Of a stretch of 35,048 bases of DNA, positions 1 through 14,799 are shown piece after piece. How positions within the stretch are numbered: the first letter of the stretch is position 1; every line of letters starts with the position of its first letter. The stretch covers positions 124,001 to 159,048 of the forward strand of contig ML992520.1 in the NCBI GenBank assembly GCA_010093995.1. Direction: 5' to 3'. The notes under the pieces were generated by a model, which was not told the origin of the DNA, searched no databases, and saw only the letters and a list, made by a program, of their open reading frames with translations. Source of the DNA: Elsinoe ampelina (lineage: Eukaryota). The position numbers and the translations under genes are program-made.

Positions 1-105
1 GCTCATCTCACTCTTGATCGATCACCTCCCAGCGACTTCCCTCCAGTACGTATCAACCTGCCATATTATTCCCATGTTGAGGCGCCTCTTCATCGAATCT
101 GCTTG

Positions 106-1128
106 CTACCTTTCACCCTCGTCCTCCGACTGATCTGGTGTCTGGTACGTGTGGTCTCCAGTAGCTGGTCTCTCATCAAGTGGCGAGAAGAGGTAGAGCC
201 TCGCGTACCTTTCCCGCCACTGTCGTTTGGAGCGTGGCTCTAAGCATCTCAGCGGAGGTATGTGCGAAGGCCAGCGATATGCCAGGTACGCTTGCATATT
301 GTCCACAAGTGTTCTCGTGGGACCGTCGTCTTCACGACGTGGAGTTGAGTACAAGTCTTTAACGCGGCTCCACTGATGGTGATGAGTTGGTTTTAGTCTG
401 AGAATCAGCGCGTGGACAACTCGGACCCAGTCTTCGTCTTGCCACTCTTGATCGATCCCCCTCACCGGGCCATGCTGATTGTGGAGTGCTATACCGCTCT
501 TCGCCATGTGTCTAAGGAAGCGTTTCTCCTGCTTCTCATGGTTTGAGACCTCGAGTGGATCTTGTGTGTAGTACAGTATACCCACCACAGAGCTTCGCTG
601 CTCGTCAAAGGAGATATGACCGGATAGATAGTGTCCGAATTCTCGAAAGATCGTGAACCATTCCATCAACATTTTTGCTGACCAAATGCATCGACTGTGG
701 AGGAAACGTATTTCAATCTCTTTGGCAGTACCACGAGACTTCTCGATGATGAATCTGATGACCCCGCGGAGGTGCATGAGGGAATGGTCATCCAAGTCCT
801 CAACCATGATTCGACAGCGGTTCTGACGGAACAGCTCCTTGGTCGTAAGCGTCCCGATAGGTTCCGGCCATTCGCATATTTCCGGTTTCAAGTAGCGTGG
901 GACGAAGTAGTGATTCTTGTCGCATGTAGCAGAAACTTCCAGGCGGTAATCGAACTTGTGAGGAGCTTGGAAGGATGCCGTGTACTGCGTCAAAAGATCG
1001 CGGGAAGTGACAATTGGCTTCAGAGCCACGAGCAATTCCTCTTCGTTATGGTTGCGCCATCCCTCCATGAGATCCTCCTCGCGTGAAATGGTCAAAGAAT
1101 CCATGCTTGGGTCGATCAAAGGATCCAT
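106..1128 (-). CDS. Hypothetical protein, paralog of 2244..3098 (lineage-specific family)
   Basis: Uninterrupted 340-aa ORF. Shares long aligned blocks with the neighbouring ORF (PEIC..ELFRqNrCRIM..D...HsLmHLR..irfiI..S.G....IEIRFLhSR), which supports both being coding. Confidence 0.75.
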   Translation of the reverse strand: MDPLIDPSMDSLTISREEDLMEGWRNHNEEELLVALKPIVTSRDLLTQYTASFQAPHKFDYRLEVSATCDKNHYFVPRYLKPEICEWPEPIGTLTTKELFRQNRCRIMVEDLDDHSLMHLRGVIRFIIEKSRGTAKEIEIRFLHSRCIWSAKMLMEWFTIFREFGHYLSGHISFDEQRSSVVGILYYTQDPLEVSNHEKQEKRFLRHMAKSGIALHNQHGPVRGIDQEWQDEDWVRVVHALILRLKPTHHHQWSRVKDLYSTPRREDDGPTRTLVDNMQAYLAYRWPSHIPPLRCLEPRSKRQWRERYARLYLFSPLDERPATGDHTYQTPDQSEDEGER

Positions 1129-2243
1129 GATAGAACGTCTCGGACGTAGCCGTGAGAGAACGACGGGAAATCCTGGGGAAGGAGAAGATAGAAGACAGCT
1201 GATGGCGGGCGAGACGAGATTCGAGCCAGTGGAAAGAGAATTGAGCAGAGTAGCTTAGAGAGCAGAACAGTGACGGTCGAGCAGGCAGGATGATCTATGA
1301 AGAAGCACCGTCTCAAGATGCGACATCGTGCATGATTATATACTATCAGGATAGCATTTGCTATTGGGCCATCCTGTGGTGCAGCACATCCTATAGTATT
1401 GTGAGCATACCACAAGCTCGTCGTGCTACGGAACCACCACGACACGTGAAATGATACTCAACGAGTGGACCAGATTTGTCCGACCACCTGCTTACTTATG
1501 ACCGCAAGAGCTACTCCAAAATTGGCAGGGCATGCATTAAGCCGTTTGACTGGGCGATAACATCTACTTGGGCTTGTTACAGTGCCACGCACATGTACTA
1601 CCGTTCAAAGGCGGGAACAAACCGTGCGAACTTCTGCTGGTCCCCGAAAGTTCGTGCAGATACCAGCGATTGATTCCGGATAGGTGATATTGCACCGCTG
1701 TGTCACTTGGAAGGATGTGTCGATCTCCCAGATCCCCTCCCCGGTTGGCTCAATGTCTCGTGGACGGATCTCTGGACTAAGATGATGCTTGACTTAAACT
1801 TTGAAAGGACCTGATCGTAGGATGCCAAACACCATGATGTTCTGACGGGCATCGCGATCAGTTGATCTGACGTCCACTCAAGGTAGCACAGCAGGAGAAT
1901 CTGGCTCACGGCGGTGTGCACCAGTCGGGGAAGGCGTGTGTTCAGAGGTGCATCTGCTGAGTCATCACTTCATCTCATGGGTAGATGCAGAGGGTAAATT
2001 TGGGATTCGGGTTTTCTTGCATTTCAGCTTGATTACATAAAGTCCAATTTGGTATCTGATCACCCAGTCACAAGCACTGGCCTCGGTCAGAAATGTTTGT
2101 ACCATACCCTTATGAACCAAGGCGGGCCAGTCGATCCACTTTCTCTCTTGGGTGCAATGCCTCACAATATCAAACGATCAGTCTTCTACGGCTTTGCAAT
2201 GTCCAGGTAATTTCGTCCCCACCGCTTCGTTCCCGTTCTGTCT

Positions 2244-3098
2244 TTAAGCATGACTCTCATCGTCCTCCGGATCGGCTTCTGGAACCGGGTCCCGATGCAA
2301 TTCTGAAGTTCTTAGGCGTCTGCAGTACATGGCCGTCGGCTCTGGATCCTCCTCCTCGTTCTCCAGGAGCCGATCGAAGGCTTGGTCTATCTGCTCCCAC
2401 ATGCGCCACTCAACAGGATTGTTGCGATGACCAGCGAACATGCCAGAGTATCTTTGGCTTCGACGGTCGAAATCGACGCTGGCGTAAACGGAAAAGACGA
2501 CACGCTCAAGGTGCTCTTCTCTCTCCCCGTCCACTTCAATCGACTTGCCAAGATCTCCAAATTTCTCTCGAGCGTCGATGGCCTTCCTGGCTAAAGTGCG
2601 GATCACGTCGTGTTCACGCGCCTGATCGACGTCATTAGAATTGTTGGAATACGGTGACCAGGTGACGTTGGGCGACAGGTGACAAGCGAATTGGCGAAAC
2701 GTGAAGTACCATATGGCAAAATCGTCTTCGTTGGGCTGTACGATTCTGCTATCCAAGAAGCGTACCTCGACATCGCGAACAAATCCATCAGAGTGGTAGA
2801 TCAGGTATCGTAGCGCAGAGCGAAGGTGATACAGGGCGTGTTCCGAGAAGTCATGGAGCATGATGCGACATTTGTTGGCACGGAATAGCTCCATCTTGGC
2901 GAGTCGACCGAGTTCTCCCCCAGCCTTGCAGATCTCTGGCTCTTCATGATACAAGGTGAAAGGGCGGTCAAAGAGGCAGACGGCAGAGATGAGCAGCCTG
3001 TCTTCATCATGCGCGTCGAGTAGATCGTCATCCTGGGCTGCTGCGGTACAGATCTGCAAGGTCACATCCTTGGAAAGATCTGGCGTGATGTTCCTCAT
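2244..3098 (-). CDS. Hypothetical protein, paralog of 106..1128
   Basis: Uninterrupted 284-aa ORF. PEICKAGGELGRLAKMELFRANKCRIMLHDFSEHALYHLRSALRYLI aligns with PEICEWPEPIGTLTTKELFRQNRCRIMVEDLDDHSLMHLRGVIRFII. Confidence 0.75.
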   Translation of the reverse strand: MRNITPDLSKDVTLQICTAAAQDDDLLDAHDEDRLLISAVCLFDRPFTLYHEEPEICKAGGELGRLAKMELFRANKCRIMLHDFSEHALYHLRSALRYLIYHSDGFVRDVEVRFLDSRIVQPNEDDFAIWYFTFRQFACHLSPNVTWSPYSNNSNDVDQAREHDVIRTLARKAIDAREKFGDLGKSIEVDGEREEHLERVVFSVYASVDFDRRSQRYSGMFAGHRNNPVEWRMWEQIDQAFDRLLENEEEDPEPTAMYCRRLRTSELHRDPVPEADPEDDESHA

Positions 3099-3161
3099 GA
3101 TTCTCCGGTCACTATCGGTATGGTCGATCGAAAGCTTTTCTGTTTACTTGTAAGCGATGGA

Positions 3162-3315
3162 TGTGGTAGTTTCGAAGGTCAGGTACTACCAGTCTGGCTG
3201 ACGGAATTGATTCGGCTGATTATCAGCAACAGTTGTGGTAGTTTCAAAGTTCAGGTACTACCAGTCTGGCTGACGGAATTGACTCGGCTGATTATCAGTA
3301 ACAGTTGTGGTAGTT
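3162..3315. repeat. 72-bp tandem duplication (2 copies plus a partial third)
   Basis: Units start TGTGGTAGTT at 3162, 3234 and 3306. The two full copies differ at about 4 positions. Confidence 0.95.
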
Positions 3316-3876
3316 CCAGAATGGAGTGAACACGAAGTTGGTTGATTGAGACGTCTTCGTTCGGCTTCTTGTCAATAGGTGGTTGATGACAAGAAGCGTG
3401 ATTTGGTGAGGTAGGAGGTGAATATGAATGTGAATGGAGGATTAAGTAGGAAGGATTTCAAATGGTCGATTGTTGTGAGTCCCCATCTTTGCCGCCTCCA
3501 TGCTACGAACTCAATCTAGCATGAAGTCACGTGCAAAATGAACCTGGGCCAACCAGCGACGCCAGAGCAGGGTGCTTCGAGTACTTAACGCAGATCCCGC
3601 AAGCCAGCCACAAGAATGACTGGCCACCGTTCGCCGCAAACTGCTTCTGCCTAATCCTGCCGGCAAGTCAAGCCGGTCATCATGCAAGCTGCCGGCAAAA
3701 GCACGCACACGTGTGCCAGCCTCAGGCACAAAGCCGGCATATGCCCCAGCAACCTGCCGCGCTCGGAACAGCAGCACCTGTAACAGTAAAAGCCCGTAGC
3801 CGAGTTCGCAAGCGGTACTACCATCATTCAGCCCGTCACCCCTTTCTGCACGTCGTCTCCAGTTCACCTTCTGCCA

Positions 3877-4988
3877 TCAGAGCGACTTGGCCCATCTCAT
3901 CCGTAAATGATCCTCGACTCGCACGGGCGGATACAAGGGCTTGTCTCCAGGTTCTAGACAGGTAGGCAAGCATTCAATCACCTGATCTAGAGGTCCCTCG
4001 TTGAAGAAGGCGACCGAGTAGCGATCCTTGTCAGATACGGGTCGAGTGACCCTGTGTAATGTCGACGTGTACTTTCCATTCGTCCATCGCTCTGTGTTTA
4101 ATCTCAGCCCACTGTCTTCATGTGGACCTCTGCACTCACCCATCATGTCTCCAATGTTCACGACAAAGGCATCACGGACCGGCGTCACAGGATGCCAGGT
4201 CTGGGTCGGCTTATGAAAGACCTCGAGACCACCGACTGGTATGCATCAGTGAACCGCTCAACTTCCAAGCAGTATTGAAAAGTATACTCACTATCATCCT
4301 GCATCAACAACGTCATCGCCCCAAAGTCCGTATGCGCCCCAATCCCTCTCGTCCTCTCCGCCGCCTCAGGCGTAGTAGGAGGATACCTATGCGCCCTACA
4401 CATCTGGATCGCTGCCCTGCATCAGACAAAGCCCTTTGTCCCACACCTTCTCTGTCCGCACTCACCATCATCCCCATCAACAAACCCATCAAACGCCCCC
4501 TCCTCCACCCCCAACGTCAACGCCATCAACCTAAACATCGTCCTGCTCAACCCCCTCACTGCCTCAAAATACGCCTCAAACGTCTCCCTGAACCCCGGCA
4601 CATCCCCCTCGTCAGGCCACTGGTTGCACCCCTGCAAAAACCTCTCCGACCCCGGCCGCTCGTTGGAAATCATGAACCCCTCCTTCATGTCATCGTACCC
4701 TGGCTCGAGTTTCTGCACGCCAAGACGCTCGTACCCGCGGAAGCAGGGCGAGTTCTTTGTGTCCAGCGCCGCCTTTGTTGCCATGGGGAGACGGTAGAAA
4801 GCGGCTGTTTGGGTGAGCATGGCGGCGCGGAGGGACGGGGCGACGCTGTGGCCGGTGATTTGGAAGAAGCCCGGGGAGTGGCATGCGGTGCGGAGTTGGG
4901 TGATGATTTGGGAGGTGTGGGTGGGGGAGGAGGGGTAGCCGGTGATGTCTATCACGGGGATGGAGAAGGGGAGGGGGGTGGCGTGCAT
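3877..4988 (-). CDS. 2-oxoglutarate/Fe(II)-dependent dioxygenase (IPNS-like, DIOX_N + 2OG-FeII_Oxy), 4 exons
   Basis: Motifs IPVIDI...ACHSPGFFQITGH, FRGYE, D.KEGF, NQWP, HTD (HxD), LHRV and RYSVAFF (RxS). Three GTGAGT...CAG introns restore the frame; the first is 4412..4465. Confidence 0.9.
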
Positions 4989-5392
4989 GATTCCGAGGTT
5001 ACTGTGGCGTGAAGAGGATGGGGAATAAAGATGCTGGAATGGACGTGGAGGGTTGCATGCTACATATTTGATGTTGGAGGACTGGATACATGATAAGGGC
5101 GGGTTTGGTGGTTGATCTGCTCCAGAGGTCGGGCAAGCCAGATTCATCCTTTCTGCCGCCACATTGCTCCATCATTGAAACTCTACTGAATGGTACCAGT
5201 GAGGTATACCTGATAACAGCTGTTGACAAAACGTCAAATACTTGAAGGGTGAGATGTATGGAACAAGTACTTTTGTATGCTATGCATTATCTACAATGCG
5301 TCCGTTATCTACTGGTAAGTATTCAATCTGGTATCTTGCTTCGAGACATTCATATTCTTTCGCTCGTCATATACAGTCTCCCCTCCTCCTAA

Positions 5393-8300
5393 TTATGCAG
5401 GCGATGACCTTCCCTTTGAAGGCGTCATGCTATACGGCTGCAACACCTTCTTCGCGTTCGTGATCCGCCATGCCAAGTTCTTGACACTGCCATCGGCGAT
5501 GACCACTTCAGGTGCGAACTCGATGCCGAACCTGTCCTTGTCAGCGACCAGACACTTCCAGACACGGATGAGGAAACTCACATATTCAACACGGCAAATA
5601 CCACCCTCCTCGCGTACCTCCCGTCTCTCTCGATCCCTCCAGGGAACTCCTCCTCGGCTGTCTCTGGCGCAAACTCGGGATCCCGATCAAAGCAATTCCT
5701 TACAACAGGCAACAACGCCTCCTCCACTGCCTTTCTCATCGCCATCCCACTATCATCCCTGACCACCTCATCCTCATCAAAGCGAGGCACTCTGACCTCA
5801 AACGGCCTACTCACCGCCATCACCCTATGACTCCCAGCATGATGCAGGCGAAACTCAAACACACCCTGCGTCCACCACAGCTTATCCCCGCTGAACACCA
5901 CCTGTCCAGTACGCTTCGCCTCTCCCTCGAGAACCTGGATATGGTCGTCCTCGAGTATGCCAGTCTGAGCAAAGACATCATCCCACGCCTCCTTTGTCGT
6001 GCCCACCCATCTCCCCTGGCTGCTGATCCGCGTCATCTCCCGACTTGGGTTATCAGCGACCATGTACAAGCCTATCCAATCACTCTTGCTGTGTCCCGCG
6101 GGCGCGGTCCAACGCACAGTGATCGGCGCGCCGTATTCCAGCACCACAGACCTCGGGCCCTCACTCTGAGCAGCTTTCTGCGCGACGACGCTTTCCTTCC
6201 TGCTGTTGCGGTCGCTGCCTTGCACCACCGTGCCGGATACGTCGAGGGCATAGTCCTTGGGGTCCACGCCGGCGAGATCAGCGGGGAGGCGGGAGATGGT
6301 GATGCGGGCGGGATAGTGGCGGAAGAGAGTCCGGGTGTCCTTGACGAATGTATCCATGCCGGCGGCGAGTTTAGGGCGGGCGGTATCGACGAGGTCTTCC
6401 ACGAAATCGAGCGTCTCTTCGAGTACGCGGTCGACGCTGCCCTTCCATTTTCGCAAGGGACGAGGCAGGGCGCGGGATACGGAGCGGGAGACGCCCGAGT
6501 CTTGACGGAGGGACTCGCCGTAGAGTTTTTGCATGTGAGGACGCTCGATGAATTGGATGAAGGCTAGGGTGAGGACGTGGGAGAGGAGGGCGAGGAAGAA
6601 GATGGCTTTGGAGAAGGTGATGATGGCTGCGCCCCAGACGCCGGCGAGACCGAGGACGCGCTCTGGGTTGTTGAGGAAGCGGTAGATGCCGGAGTAAGTG
6701 AGTTTGTCAGGTTTCTGGTCGAAGAAAAAGTCGCCGAAGAACCAGCCGAACTCACCGAGGGACTCGTAGATGGAGGCGACGGTCCATAGCTGCAAGGCTA
6801 TCATGGCGACCCCAAGGACATGACGGAGTAGGGCGAGCGAGTAAGACCAGTTTGGTGGCAGGTGATACATTTTCCAGCAAGCACAGATGAAGGTCGTGTA
6901 CGTGAGAGTCATGGAGAAGTGGTAGAGAGATTTCCATTGACGCCAAGCTTCTTCGGTGGATTCACCGTACTTGACAAAGTGGCGAGTCCATTTCTTCTTG
7001 TTGCTTTGGCGGTCGAGTACGAAGCCAATGCCGAGCGAGTACCAGAGGCGAGTGGCGATGGCGAGGGCGACAAAGTAGAATTGCCAGAGGCGGTTGGTAG
7101 GTGAGAGGAGAGCCGTGCTGTACAAAATAAATTGGGTGATGAGGACAGAGACGTCAGTGATGCGGTACAAGTCGACAGTGCCGATCAAGTTGTGAGCTGG
7201 AGATGGGTTGGCCGTGGACGCCATAGGTGGGTATCCATTGATATGGCCAGCGTCGTGACTCGCCGAGGACGAGTCATCATCCTCGTCGTCCGAGACCGCG
7301 GGCAGATTCAGATGCGATCGCTTTTTGGTCGGCCTCGGTGGCGGATTGTACGTCTTCTCGATGTGAGGGTTCTCGACGAAAGCAAGGAACGCGAATTGAG
7401 CTGCATGCGCGATGATGGAGATGAACAAGACCTTGTAGCTAGCTGCCATGAGGGAGATACCATAGTAGCCAGCATACCCAACTGAGTACATGGGATGCGG
7501 TGCCATCTCGAACACGCCGTCAAAGGTGAGTTCCTGATCGATCAGGTAGAAGAAGTCACCCCAGTACCATGCATAGTCTTTGACGACTCGGTGGGCGTCC
7601 AGCTTAACCCACAGGTTGAAGAGGACCAATGCTATACCGCATGACCATCGAGCCAAGGTCATGGCGAAGTTCTCACCCTCGGGTCGACCGCCGCAGGCAA
7701 CGGCAAAGCAGCAGTAGGAGACAAAGTCCGACATGAGAATCAGGTCTACCAGTCGGCGGAAGAGCAGCCAAGTATTGTACTCAAGTGGTGCCTCCTCAAA
7801 CTTGTAGTCTTTCGGGATCTTCGCTTCCATCTCACGCTTGATTATCTTGTAGAGTGAAGGATTCGGGTTCTTGCCAGAGGCAGGGTTCTCGAAAATGCGC
7901 GATCGCCTCGCCCAGTTCGTAAGCATGCGCTGGTTAGATTGGCCATAGAGCAGCCAGCCGATCCCGGCATTGTATGCAGCCCGCCAGAACAGGAAGACGA
8001 GGGCAAATAGTGGGACCGTGACAGTCCGAGGCAAGAGGAATAGTACACCAACGAAGAAGGCGAGGACCACGATGACAGCCACGTCAGATATGTTCTTTGG
8101 TTGCGTTGGGTCAAATAGTTGCGATACCATATCGTGGGTCTGGGGGACGGTGAAGACTACACGCACAACGGGTATCAGCCATTGATAATCCAGAAGAGTC
8201 ACACATGGGGTTGGTCGCGTTCGGGAGAGCAAGAGCTGCGTATGGGCGGTACAGTCTACGGGCTATCCGAGTTGCGCCATGAGGGATTGGGGACGTTGTG

Positions 8301-8515
8301 GTTAGGGTCGACGCACCTGTGCCATCTGGAGTCCGCCCGTATGTCCTCTTCTCTTCATCACGCTTCTTTGACCTCTCCTCGGACTTGTTCAAGTCCTCGA
8401 CCGTAGATTTTGCATCTTCTGGCGACGTAGCCTTCCGAGGCTTTGATGGGTCATTCGGTAGTCGTTCTCGTAGCGATTGAGGCTCGTTGCTGCCATTTAC
8501 GGCGGTGGAACTCAT
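5393..8515 (-). CDS. CHO2: Phosphatidylethanolamine N-methyltransferase, 3 exons
   Basis: Motifs [47 protein letters not shown] and a second PEMT repeat [11 protein letters not shown]...[11 protein letters not shown]-terminus [10 protein letters not shown]...SSPA*. Introns 8157..8316 and 5532..5581. Confidence 0.96.
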
Positions 8516-9502
8516 GCTTTCGAGTCACCGGAAACATAGGATGCAAATGTTGAACTGCGATCCGGATCGAAGGCGAGGTGAGGTCGTGAAACGTGAATAG
8601 AGGGGAAGCGAATGAGGAAGAGGGTCCACAAACAATCTTGTACCGGACGTGTCCCGCGCAGAAAAACGTCAGTAGCTTGGCGAAAAGGTGGAGCAGTACC
8701 TTTCACGTGCCAGCAACGATTTCCAAAAGTAGAGCTCAGAGTTTTGGTCCAGGGACGTTGGTCCGTCGAACTGCTGGGGCCGGCTGTTTCTTCTTTGCTC
8801 ATTGACCTCGTTGAGTGGCTCGAGTCTCGCCTAATTTACTCATGTGCCGTTCTGCAACCAATTTGCAGCATTTTTTGCAGTGAGGAAAGACGAAGTCTCT
8901 GACGTAGCCGCACCCTTTTCATCCTGCGAGCCAATCAATCGGCGCCGCCTCGATCGAGCGTCGAAAGCAGAAGGTGGATTCGTAGAACACGGCCGACATA
9001 CTTCGAAGTATTGCGAGCTTTAAATGACCGCTGTGGTGACGCTGGATGGTCGAGAGGCTGAGGAGCATACGTAGGAATTCAGATATTCCTAGCTAGAAAC
9101 CATGTCTCTTGAATTAACGATAACATTGATAAGATAACTACTCATCGACAGCGGCTCTGCAACCTCCACTCCCATCACCCTGACACCAGACATGGAGCGA
9201 CACACGGCTTGACTCGTCCGCGCCGATCCCACGGTACATGTTTCGATCAGACGAACAGCAACTATTCGTTGGACGTGTGTCCATGAGCAGGGTGCAAGAG
9301 TCGATTTGACCCACGACGTCACCAACATGGGTTTTGATACTCAGCATGGGGGCAAGCATTTGAAATTGGGGCTGACCCTCTCTCTCTATCAAGTGGTCCA
9401 AGTTTCGTCATAGGAGTACTGTAGCCCGCTGTTCGCTTTTCACGTGGACAACCCTCATTAAATCTGCATCCGACACATGGTAATGTGTCTTGCACTTCAA
9501 GC

Positions 9503-11970
<2,468 letters not shown>

Positions 11971-12326
11971 TCAAAAGGTTCGTGGTGACCGAGCCACTGA
12001 TTGAGCCTATTCGATTGGCGTAGCTGTTGCCTCGTACTAGCGACGTAAGAGGCTGTTGGAAGAAGGGTGATTGCAAGAGACGTGAGCTGTTTCTCGCGGC
12101 GACCAAAAAAATTCCGTAAGGCTGAAGAAATCTTGGCATGGCGGAAGTTCTCCGCGACCAATTTTCATCTTGTGTACCAGTAAATTGTCATTTCTTTTCG
12201 TACTCGCCTGATATATGAATAGCTGGTGCTATTTGTTTGAAATTAAGGACGGTTGCGACGCCTCACCCAGACCATGATGCAGTAATATACCTCGAGCGTA
12301 GACCGTGAGCTTATGGTTCATTCAAG

Positions 12327-14713
12327 ATGGATGCAGCAGAAGCCTCAGCGGCGTTGCAGCAGCCGGTGTTTTATATTGGCCACCATGATGCGAAGCGGGA
12401 CGAAGTGGTATCGCTAGAGCTCATGGATAGAGCACGGCTCATCGGCGTGGGTAAAGTCTCCTCCAAGATCATTCATACTTCTAGTTGACACAAATAGTAT
12501 GACATGATCACATCTCCAGTAACCAACGCAGCATTTCGAAAGCATGTAGTGCAGCTGATGCTGGACTATCGAAAGCTGCGGGCCTCGGATCAATCACTTC
12601 CGTTACCACTCGTGCCATCTCTCGGTCCCTCCTTCACGACACTACACCCCACTGATGCCATACCATCCATGATCGCTGTGCTCAGTCCATGGGCAGATGT
12701 GACTTCGTCGGATCCTTTGGTGGCACACATATCACGACAGGTCGTTAGCGTGGAGATCGCATATGCGGCTTTCTGTGGAGTCAGCAATGTCATTCTGCCG
12801 CCTTTGTTCCGGAACCAGTACGCACCATTCCCGGAAGCCGTTTCCACATATGCAGACATGGCGGCCCGATCGCTAGGCATTGGACCTTACCTTCAGATCA
12901 TCGTGCCATTTCCTATGGATAACCAGAAGCCAGCGCCAGAGGACACCGTCTTATCAATTGAAGATATGGGCGAGACTTCCCCTGTCAACATCTCAGCTGC
13001 TGATACAGGTGATCCGCTGTCTTCGTGGGACTCATGGAACCATATACGAGCCACATGCAATTACGCTTCCAAGTTGGCAATCTGTAGGTCAATCCACTCA
13101 TCCAAGGGTCTGCATATGGCGGATGTCAGACTGACGTTCATCAAGCTCTCAGTGTACCGCGTCTTCTACCAGACGAACATATCCAGTCCCGTTGGTACTC
13201 CGAGCCCATGCGAATCTTGTCTTTCTCAACGTCCACGTTCGCCACCAACCCAGGAGGTCATCCTGTCTTATCCAAGGCGCACCAGGCTCTTCTCACACGC
13301 TATATTAGGCTTCAACAACCACCCTGGCTGCTCATTTCTGGGGCTTCTGAGCTACCACTACCAGCTACAAGCAATGGGCTTTCATCTGATCCCACCCCTG
13401 CGGAAGCCGCTGTCATGCCGATCCAACCTCCCCTGCAAGCTCCGAGATTGGCTTATCTGAGATACTTGCAGAGGAGTCAGCCGCCACTCCCACCGCTAGC
13501 ACGCTTTGCGCAGGGTTATCAGGATTTTCTCCAATCACCTCTACAACCTCTCACCGACAATCTCGAATCGATAACATACGAGGTGTTCGAGAAGGATCCC
13601 ATCAAATACGCTTGGTACGAGCAAGCGGTTGCTTTGGCGTTGAAGGATCTCCACGACGAGTTGAAGAGGCCAATTATCGTCGCTGTTGTTGGTGCTGGCC
13701 GAGGACCACTGATGACCAGATCTCTCATGGCCAGCAACACTACCGGGATCCCTATCTTACCATTCGCGGTCGAGAAGAACCCCAATGCCTATGTCCTTCT
13801 TCAACGACGAAATGCAACTGATCCTCTCTGGACTGGTCGCGTCCAAGTCATCAAGACTGATATGCGTTCTTGGGCTGGACCTACAGATGCGAATGGTAGT
13901 CCCGCTAAGGTCGATATCCTGGTCTCTGAGCTCCTGGGTTCATTTGCAGACAATGAGCTATCTCCCGAATGTCTGGATGGTGTGCAGCATCACCTTCACC
14001 CTTCGCATGGCGTTTCCATCCCACAGTCATACACAGCTTGGGCATCACCAATATCGTCACCTCGCATCTATGCTGATCTGTTGCATCGACCCTCCGATCC
14101 TGAGAAATGGAGTCTGCCGTATGTGACCATGTTGCATCAGTTTAGCTATCTCAGCCACACAGACGAGGCGCTGCCTCCAACCTCTGCAGGTCTGCTTTCT
14201 TTTTCGCCTTCAATTCAGCAGTGCTGGGAGTTCTCACATCCGCTTCCACACTCTGTCCTAGACCAGTCTGCCACTCGGAAACAAGGTGGTCCTCTCGCTT
14301 CTGGACTTGGCGGCGGCGATGGTTGGAACGAGCACAATCTTCGATCATGCCACCTTATATTTCCTGTCAAAGATACCAGTAGAGGCGTGTGTCATGGCGT
14401 GGCTGGCTACTTCGAGACTGTCCTCTACAAAAGTCGAGACGGCACAAAGGTGGTTGAACTATCGATCAACCCGAATTCCATGGATCAGAAGAGCAGAGAC
14501 ATGATCAGCTGGTTCCCGATCTTCTTCCCGCTGAACACGCCGTTACACGTTCCTGATGGTGCCGAGATCAGGCTGGATATGCACAGGAAGACCGATGACA
14601 GGAAGGTGTGGTATACCTGGCAAGTCGCTGTCTGGGCGCAAATCGGAAGGAGGTGGCAAAGGACAGCGGAAAGTGAAGTACACAGCAGTGAGCAGAACGG
14701 CTGCTTGATGTAG
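12327..14713 (+). CDS. HSL7: Type II protein arginine N-methyltransferase (PRMT5/Hsl7/Skb1), 3 exons
   Basis: Motifs LQPLTDNLESITYEVFEKDPIKY, VVGAGRGPL, VEKNPNA, SELLGSFADNELSPECLDG and ISWFP. Introns 12447..12497 and 13084..13145 join the 12504 and 13208 ORFs in frame. Confidence 0.94.
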
Positions 14714-14799
14714 GACTCTGCACTCATCTTCCGACAGCCACCATGCGAAAAGATACCCCAAAAGCAAAATTTTTCATCAAGTCATATTGCTGTGTCCGA

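Noticed and set aside
3162..3315. CRISPR-like array or coding repeat (ORF 3120..3329)
   Set aside because: The copies are contiguous with no unique spacers, the context is eukaryotic, and the short ORF merely mirrors the 72-bp period.
4059..5012. 317-aa plus-strand ORF
   Set aside because: Antisense shadow of the 2OG dioxygenase, with low-complexity composition caused by the GC skew.
5827..7485. Several plus-strand ORFs (246, 117, 80 and 70 aa)
   Set aside because: Antisense shadows of CHO2.
8800..9500. Possible small gene or ncRNA between CHO2 and PRP43 (also 1130-2240, 3500-3870 and 31140-32190)
   Set aside because: No recognisable protein motif, coherent splice model or RNA-gene signature could be built.
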